A DNA stretch of 59,486 nt from contig QQSA01000075.1 of the NCBI GenBank assembly GCA_003602535.1, forward strand, positions 3,853 through 63,338. The letters are read 5' to 3'. How positions within the stretch are numbered: position 1 is the stretch's first letter; every line of letters begins with the position of its first letter. Of this stretch, positions 54,401 to 59,486 are shown one piece after another. The position numbers and the translations under genes are program-made. The notes below the pieces were generated by a model. That model made no database searches, was not told the DNA's origin, and worked only from the letters and a program-made list of their open reading frames with translations. Origin of the DNA: Candidatus Poseidoniales archaeon. GTDB taxonomy: Archaea > Thermoplasmatota > Poseidoniia > Poseidoniales > Poseidoniaceae.

Positions 54401-56759
54401 CAAACATAATTTCTGCTTTAGCCTCCTTGATTAGCAAAGAATCTTCAATTGATCGATGGCGTTGTAATAGTGCATCAGCCCTTTGTTGGAATTGCTGAGG
54501 ACTTACTTCTTCTGCGCCAATTCTCTTTGGAATAATCAATGACCGGCCAGCAACTTCGCGGAAACGCTTAGCGAAAATCTGAGTATTGACAATGTATCTT
54601 TCAATAATTTCTAGATGGTTATTTGATTGGAAGGACTCATACATTTTTCCTGGATCAACTTCTTGACTTGTCTTAATTAACAAACCATTTTCGTCAAATG
54701 AAAGTTCCAGTACTGCAATGCCATCTTGTTCTGCAAGCCCAGCCATGAAATATCCAAGCGCTGTATTGAATCCTCTTCCTCTACATGATGTAATGAGATA
54801 TGTGGGCATACCTCCTGAAACAATCTGTTCAACAATCAAGCGATTGGGATCTGGTACTTGGAATGAGTCAAGTGTATGTTCTTCCAGGTGACGAGCAATA
54901 GTGTTTGAAACTCCCTCACTCAGTCCATATGCATCTCGTAAGACGTTACGAGGATCCATTTGCCTTCTAAGTGCAGTAACTGTGTGTCCAATCAAATCTA
55001 GAAGTGCTCCAGAAAGCTCTCGAGAACGACTTCTCGCTTCACCACTCCACGAAGGTACTGTAGGTCTGTAACCTGTAACGGATGCCACATTGACTCTTGT
55101 TCCTTGAATATTGGTAACTCTGTAAGTTGAACCTCCCAACAGAATAACATCTCCGCCACGCAAATTTGCCACGAAAGAAGAAGACAACTGTCCCAGGATA
55201 CTTCCTTCAGCATTGAATACTAGATAGGAATTATCCGGTGCTATAGTTCCAATATTCGTATAATAAATCATTCGAGAATATCCTCGCTTTCCGTAGAGGT
55301 TCTCTTCCCAATCAACCCATACACGCCTTTCTTCTTCTAACATGTCTAAAACTTCAATGAAGTCATCATACTCTAAATTTCTATAAGACCATGTACTGGT
55401 GACAACTTCGAATGCTTCATCAATATCTCTCTCATTGATAATAACAAGTCCGATTAGGAATTGAGCCAAAACGTCTAGACAATTTTGTGGGAAGTCTAGT
55501 AAATCCATATCTCCCGTTTGTATCGCTGCTTGTAATGCTGCCAATTCAATCAAATCATCTACACTTGATGGTAGGAAACGTGCCCTTGGAATTCCTCCTA
55601 CATGGTGTCCAGCACGTCCAATTCTTTGTAATGCTGTAGCAATATCACCAGGTGAACCGACTTGAACAACCATGTCAACCGAACCAATATCAATTCCCAT
55701 CTCGAGAGATGATGATGTAACAACGGCCCTCAAATGTCCAAGTTTCAATTTTCTTTCGACATCTAAACGAATCCGCTTATCCATTGAACCGTGGTGACCT
55801 GCAACCAGATCCCCGAGGAATGGACGCAATTTTTGTACTAGGGTTTCAGTCATCTTCCTAGTATTTGCGAAAACAAGAGTTGTAGTGTGGGCGCTGATTA
55901 AATCTGCAATCATTTCTACATTCATTTCGAGTACTTTCATTACTGAAAGATCACTGAATTTTGGTGAGCAGAGTAGAATATCCAAATCTAATTCTCTTGC
56001 CCCACTAATTTTTGCAATTTTTACTGACTGTCCTCCAGTACGGCTTTCACGGTCATCGCTAGCAACTAAATATTCAGCAACAGTCTCAAGCGGTTCCATT
56101 GTGGCAGAAATACCAATCCTTTGAACAGGCCTTTCGAGAATTGTATCAAGTAATGATATTGTTAGAGCTAGGTGAACCCCTCTCTTTGTGGGTACAAGTG
56201 AATGCATTTCATCAATAATGATCCATTCTACATTAGATACAATCGGCTGGAATCTCGGGGAAGAAATTGCGATTGCCATGCTTTCAGGTGTTGTGATTAG
56301 AATGTGAGGAGGTTTTCTCAACATTTTCTGGCGCTCAGATTGCGGCGTATCTCCAGTTCTTAGCCCAACTCTGATTTTACCTTGAGCTCTATCAGGAAGA
56401 TACTTTTCTTCAATCTCTGCTAGAGGACCAATCAAGTTTTTCTGAATGTCATTTGCCAACGCCTTTATTGGGGAAATATACAAACAATATACTCTCTGTT
56501 CTAATGTTCCTTCAAGGGCATGACGAACTAATTTATCGATAATTGTCAGGAATGCTGTCAAAGTTTTACCAGATCCAGTTGGTGAACAAAGTAGCAGATG
56601 GTCTCCGTCCATAATTGAAGGAATTGCGAGTTTCTGAGGTTTGGTGAAATCGGGGAATTTATCTCTAAACCAATTCCTAACTGGTTGGCATAACTTCTCA
56701 AAAAGTTCCTCTGTTTCTAGAGGGTCTTCTAGGTAAGATATGTTAGCCATAATTATCAC
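51465..56759 (-). CDS. lhr: Lhr-family large ATP-dependent (DEAH-type) helicase with a very long C-terminal extension (1764 aa)
   Basis: Motif I SPTGSGKT, motif II IIDEMH, FANTRK, HHGSM, SSSLEMGIDIG and motif VI QRIGRAGH in the first roughly 430 aa. The remaining roughly 1300 aa form one continuous ORF. Confidence 0.9.
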   Translation of the reverse strand: MIIMANISYLEDPLETEELFEKLCQPVRNWFRDKFPDFTKPQKLAIPSIMDGDHLLLCSPTGSGKTLTAFLTIIDKLVRHALEGTLEQRVYCLYISPIKALANDIQKNLIGPLAEIEEKYLPDRAQGKIRVGLRTGDTPQSERQKMLRKPPHILITTPESMAIAISSPRFQPIVSNVEWIIIDEMHSLVPTKRGVHLALTISLLDTILERPVQRIGISATMEPLETVAEYLVASDDRESRTGGQSVKIAKISGARELDLDILLCSPKFSDLSVMKVLEMNVEMIADLISAHTTTLVFANTRKMTETLVQKLRPFLGDLVAGHHGSMDKRIRLDVERKLKLGHLRAVVTSSSLEMGIDIGSVDMVVQVGSPGDIATALQRIGRAGHHVGGIPRARFLPSSVDDLIELAALQAAIQTGDMDLLDFPQNCLDVLAQFLIGLVIINERDIDEAFEVVTSTWSYRNLEYDDFIEVLDMLEEERRVWVDWEENLYGKRGYSRMIYYTNIGTIAPDNSYLVFNAEGSILGQLSSSFVANLRGGDVILLGGSTYRVTNIQGTRVNVASVTGYRPTVPSWSGEARSRSRELSGALLDLIGHTVTALRRQMDPRNVLRDAYGLSEGVSNTIARHLEEHTLDSFQVPDPNRLIVEQIVSGGMPTYLITSCRGRGFNTALGYFMAGLAEQDGIAVLELSFDENGLLIKTSQEVDPGKMYESFQSNNHLEIIERYIVNTQIFAKRFREVAGRSLIIPKRIGAEEVSPQQFQQRADALLQRHRSIEDSLLIKEAKAEIMFGDIDIKSLNEFLEASKESEARIVHTKVPVPSRLGMSLYMSTFEDLLSMKTRAFLVKDIDPEILRRLLGNRSLATELTDEQLKDYYTGKVPNPTNSSELLHLMSKGGGLDRNWENPLYAAKLAGIDHSTIEGWVTELAAAGKITKLRSTGVKALDDKWFSTYMAEIHGTLGCIAEAGGKEMEDVRDLYTKGITYEVGFEFDGLKPTKWEKKTISDPHEALRVKIIEMLGSEGPAKGDDISGRLPFPQGQIDSILHELEIRNVISVGFFTQTEDAEYILKVDEHRITGGEEDVVEYRWVQNLVMHKSFQKYPDGFTAFDQHILFQKQQEMLYRVENFRYADWKDLQLDSDVLMGRLLHNRIGYTTRKNLPMLLGLKPEPWLGEMEKLILEKIPKGENLTRQEILADFPKGDDYKSLQRDLKNAISNLERQLCLVKQFEDVVGRRRRLSLFHRVYEVYEPLSFEDALVKVIARMGPVKAFTLRYYVSRSVEELAIALKNLEDDGRISRVMALVPEPEAFYVLPEEVSKLNSPNREDRTLRILTQSDPYVSRFIWEVRSVLDRGWYLPVFKGVDPIGKVLMFKINDYLEIKDMHIPYAYLDEFCNAFEKLLDNHSDQLVDVAVLSQFNGVPVTELEDDLRNALENIGFKLAGDRMIRGGVVDPQPREIAERALFHRHHLHQNSRLENEIDALESVQEVRDDFGLRGRAEVYRVSLKNMASANQLHQGINLRGHQVWASYDHFSTLLAIRGQEPNEELIDVLEFFETHSDPNLFMERHAMKRAAFRKLIQPLLRSGHMVQDYRGGFRSVAPRQGLDPVILRREYLRRLVSDYPVITLKQFTRLAGTPFKPEELKAVLNEFEEDSTLIKGFLIQDLHEVCWGKKDLLEEAKNVPPIRDFVIPPSDPIAPYFADVLKQKFGFGSAYLVFHNAEPVAAFKANTRDKIIEVTDYEGSEKGWRIVKEFAWEHQMPLKTELRIGGKRRK

Positions 56760-56888
56760 TCACACACTGCGTGTTTGGACAGCGTGCGTAAGGAGATGAT
56801 GAATGTTTGCATTGTTCCTTGTATCCAAGAGAATTATTTTTTTCGTTACGACCCTTACGACTATATGTCAGTAAAGTATGGGACTGAC

Positions 56889-59342
56889 ATGAATTACAAG
56901 CCTCTAACCATAATCATTCTTCTTCTTCTTTCGACTTTAGCAGGTTGCACTGGTTCAGATGACTCTAACGATTCGGAAGATGAGCAAGAAAATGAAAGTG
57001 AAAATGAGAACACTATCGAATATGAAGGAGACGACATTGGAGAATGCTCAGATTTAGCAGATAATGATAGAGATGGGTTATTTGATTGCGATGATCCTGA
57101 TTGCTCAGGATCACCACTTTGTAAGGACAATTCTACAGATGTAGATACTAATCAAACCAACAATTCCCAAAATAATGATTCCATAATTTCTAATGAAACA
57201 ATTGTCACATTGACTGATGAAATGATTAACTCGGGTATATTGGATTCTGAAGGTGTTTGTGGGATTCTTCTTACCGTTAATGAATGGAGTGCCAGTGATA
57301 TAATCGTTAAAGAGAAATTTGTACTAGCGATCAGAGAATTCGAGTCATTGTATCCAGATGGTACTTCAATATCTTTCTGGATTGCAAATCTTGAATCAAT
57401 TACAGGCGAATCTCAATTGCCCGCTTTATATGATTGGAGAAATGGTGAAGTTGATACATCAGTAAATTATCGGAAGTTCCATGTTATAGATTCTAATCAA
57501 GTAATAGGATTAGGATCATTGGATAGATGGGCTGAAAGCATTGATGAAGCATCAACAAAAATTTGTTTACCATCTCAACGAGATTTAATAGAAGATTTAG
57601 TTGAAATAATGCATCCTCCTCCTGTAAATTTCAATTGGGAGGCTCCAGTTATTACGGATGAAACAATCTCCAATATCAGACAGTCTAGTGAACAAAATTC
57701 TATATGTGAAGTCTTACTAATGTATAATAGCGATTCTTTCTATAGATACTTGAATGATGAAGATTATAATAATGAATATTATATTTCATGGCATGCTGAT
57801 GTATTAGATATGAAGGAAAAAGTCTCAGGATTGAATATTTCATTCTATGATACACTTGGAAAAACATATGAAGCCGAATTAGCAAATTGGCTTTTTGAAT
57901 ATTGGGAAGAAACTCCTAATGCGTCTTGGTGGTCTTGGAGTTTCGACAGTGTTATCATCGATAATAATGGGGTACATTATGTAGATTCATATGATGACAT
58001 ACCACGCAATGTATGCTCCAATGAAGTAAGACCTGATGTTATGAATTTCTTTATTGATACCTATGATTACAATATTCAATCTCATATTCTTAGTCCTTAT
58101 GGAGTTTACAGTGATTCAGTTTGGAATATTAATTCAACTTTAGCCACTATGACTACGTATGAGGAGCAACCGGGTTATTATGGCTCAATTCACCCTGGAT
58201 TGGAAATAACTTGCAATTTAGATGAGGAAAATATTGAACATCAAACTCTACCCCTTGGTACTGATTACCCGTATGTTTTTTCAAACCAACATTGGCGCCT
58301 TATCCAGGTTAACCATCAGGAAGGCCCTACTATCATTGACGAGAGTCTTTTGGTAACTGAAGAGATGCTTGAACACTATATTGTATGTGTTTTTGATGCC
58401 TTCGACCCAATAGCAAATCACACATTCCAAGTGGGTGAACGAAGGCTTGTAACAGAGAGGGTGCCATTAACGAATTATCATTCTGTTTCAGAAAATGAAA
58501 ATGGTGAATTCATATGTGAATATGAGTTATTTGTACCTGATGACTATCCAGAATATTCTGTTTTACATAGTTGGATTGTCTATCGAGACAATCATCCATG
58601 GTTTAGCGACTTTACTACAAGTAACGTATTTGATGGAACAAATTATGATCGACACGCTGAATCTGAATCCATTGAATTACAATTAGGAGATCAGATTTCC
58701 TGTTCATTAAGTTTATACAGACCTGGAGATATTCAATATATTCTGGATTACGGATACATTGAATTCGACAGTGATCGGCCATTTGCATTAGATTATATCC
58801 AATCTGATTATTTTCTCTACAATGAAACCCCTCCAGTAATTGAATCGATTAATATTGATTTTACAATGAATGAAAATGGTGGTGAATACAATTGTACTAC
58901 TTTAGCGTCTGATATAGATGGAGATAACCTTGAATACAGGTTCTCTTGGTATGTAAATGATGAATTATCTCACGAGGATATTTTTGCCCTTGGATTTAAC
59001 TACTCTACATTCGAAGTCACCGGTAATAATCTGACTTCAGTAACTTGCGAAGTTGATGTTCATGATGGATATTTTAATTCTAATGCTAGTCACAAAATGC
59101 ATATAGTAACAATCGAAAGTATGGAATTTGTTGATGACTTTATCACTATTGATGCTGGCGATTCAGTAATGTGGTTCAATGTAGATTCAATGAGCCACAC
59201 TGTAACAGAAAATAAAGGAAATATTGACTCTGGTGAATTATCAAAACACGATTTCTATATTGTGATATTTGATCAAATTGGTTATTTTGATTATTACTGT
59301 GCTTATCATAGTAATATGACGGGTACCGTAGTAGTCGAATAA
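56889..59342 (+). CDS. secreted lipoprotein with Ig-like module and C-terminal cupredoxin (amicyanin/halocyanin-like) domain
   Basis: Lipobox LLLLSTLAGC after the ATG at 56889. Cys/Asp-rich motif CSDLADNDRDGLFDCDDPDCSGSPLC. The Ig-like segment D(I)DGDNLEYRFSWYVND is present. Type-1 Cu ligands at the C-terminus are SHTV...YYCAYHSNM (H, then C-x2-H-x2-M). Confidence 0.8.
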   Translation: MNYKPLTIIILLLLSTLAGCTGSDDSNDSEDEQENESENENTIEYEGDDIGECSDLADNDRDGLFDCDDPDCSGSPLCKDNSTDVDTNQTNNSQNNDSIISNETIVTLTDEMINSGILDSEGVCGILLTVNEWSASDIIVKEKFVLAIREFESLYPDGTSISFWIANLESITGESQLPALYDWRNGEVDTSVNYRKFHVIDSNQVIGLGSLDRWAESIDEASTKICLPSQRDLIEDLVEIMHPPPVNFNWEAPVITDETISNIRQSSEQNSICEVLLMYNSDSFYRYLNDEDYNNEYYISWHADVLDMKEKVSGLNISFYDTLGKTYEAELANWLFEYWEETPNASWWSWSFDSVIIDNNGVHYVDSYDDIPRNVCSNEVRPDVMNFFIDTYDYNIQSHILSPYGVYSDSVWNINSTLATMTTYEEQPGYYGSIHPGLEITCNLDEENIEHQTLPLGTDYPYVFSNQHWRLIQVNHQEGPTIIDESLLVTEEMLEHYIVCVFDAFDPIANHTFQVGERRLVTERVPLTNYHSVSENENGEFICEYELFVPDDYPEYSVLHSWIVYRDNHPWFSDFTTSNVFDGTNYDRHAESESIELQLGDQISCSLSLYRPGDIQYILDYGYIEFDSDRPFALDYIQSDYFLYNETPPVIESINIDFTMNENGGEYNCTTLASDIDGDNLEYRFSWYVNDELSHEDIFALGFNYSTFEVTGNNLTSVTCEVDVHDGYFNSNASHKMHIVTIESMEFVDDFITIDAGDSVMWFNVDSMSHTVTENKGNIDSGELSKHDFYIVIFDQIGYFDYYCAYHSNMTGTVVVE

Positions 59343-59367
59343 ATTTCCATCAATGAGGATGAAATTT
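59341..59367 (+). terminator. imperfect hairpin overlapping the stop codon of the cupredoxin lipoprotein gene
   Basis: AAATTTCCATC-AATGAG-GATGAAATTT: stem of about 10 bp with one bulge. Confidence 0.25.
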
Positions 59368-59486
59368 AATCGGTGAAAAATGCCAAATTCTTAGTAAATG
59401 TATAGATTGTCTCATTTACCACTTGGCATTCGCATGCACATGGAGAACTTCTCGCAAGAGCGATTAGCCCGTCTTTCGGGCATGCT

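Noticed and set aside
1-59486. Window-wide search for mobile elements, CRISPR-Cas, restriction-modification, toxin-antitoxin or other defence genes, additional tRNA/rRNA genes, inteins and frameshifted pseudogenes
   Set aside because: None found. No transposase, integrase or Cas-like motifs occur in any listed ORF. There is only one tRNA-like T-arm. The large genes (aEF-2, Lhr, adhesins) are continuous ORFs without intein-like inserts.

Overview
This is an AT-rich, densely packed 59.5-kb archaeal chromosomal window with about 55 protein genes and one tRNA. Many start/stop codons overlap, and several convergent gene ends overlap. All calls come from reading motifs in the supplied translations; no database search was possible.

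The informational genes are clearly archaeal: aEF-2 with the diphthamide His motif, uS12, uS7, aIF5A, eL43 and TiaS. There is also a proteasome/exosome superoperon, ordered psmA-SBDS-rrp4-rrp41-rrp42-rpl37ae-pcc1-pfdB-DHH.

By inference, the source is a planktonic euryarchaeote of the Marine Group II / Poseidoniales type. Three observations support this:
- Bacterial-type fatty-acid genes sit beside the archaeal core: acyl-CoA dehydrogenase, 3-hydroxyacyl-CoA dehydrogenase, thiolase and a Delta9 desaturase.
- An OPT peptide transporter is present.
- Four very large secreted proteins are built from extracellular-matrix-like modules: thrombospondin type-3 repeats, C-type lectin, LamG, reeler-like, WD40, EF-hand-like and cupredoxin.

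Other modules:
- An isoprenoid block: isopentenyl phosphate kinase followed by a fused IDI type 1::GGPP synthase, with a small UbiD-family decarboxylase nearby.
- Housekeeping genes: CoaBC, TrmY, SurE, Tpt1/KptA, PurB and Dph6.
- An archaeosortase.
- A 1764-aa Lhr-type helicase.

I saw no CRISPR array, transposase, integrase, prophage or recognisable defence system, and I cannot demonstrate a clear-cut new system. The candidates most worth follow-up are:
- a Delta9 desaturase inserted in the S12-S7-EF2 cluster;
- type-I giant adhesins whose roughly 85-aa cytoplasmic tails end in a shared WW-like Trp-rich motif;
- an actin-family ATPase paired with a double-zinc-ribbon protein;
- a thiolase coupled to an atypical DUF35-like OB-fold protein;
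- the IPK / IDI::GGPPS arrangement;
- an archaeosortase with no canonical substrate nearby;
- the oversized Lhr helicase.
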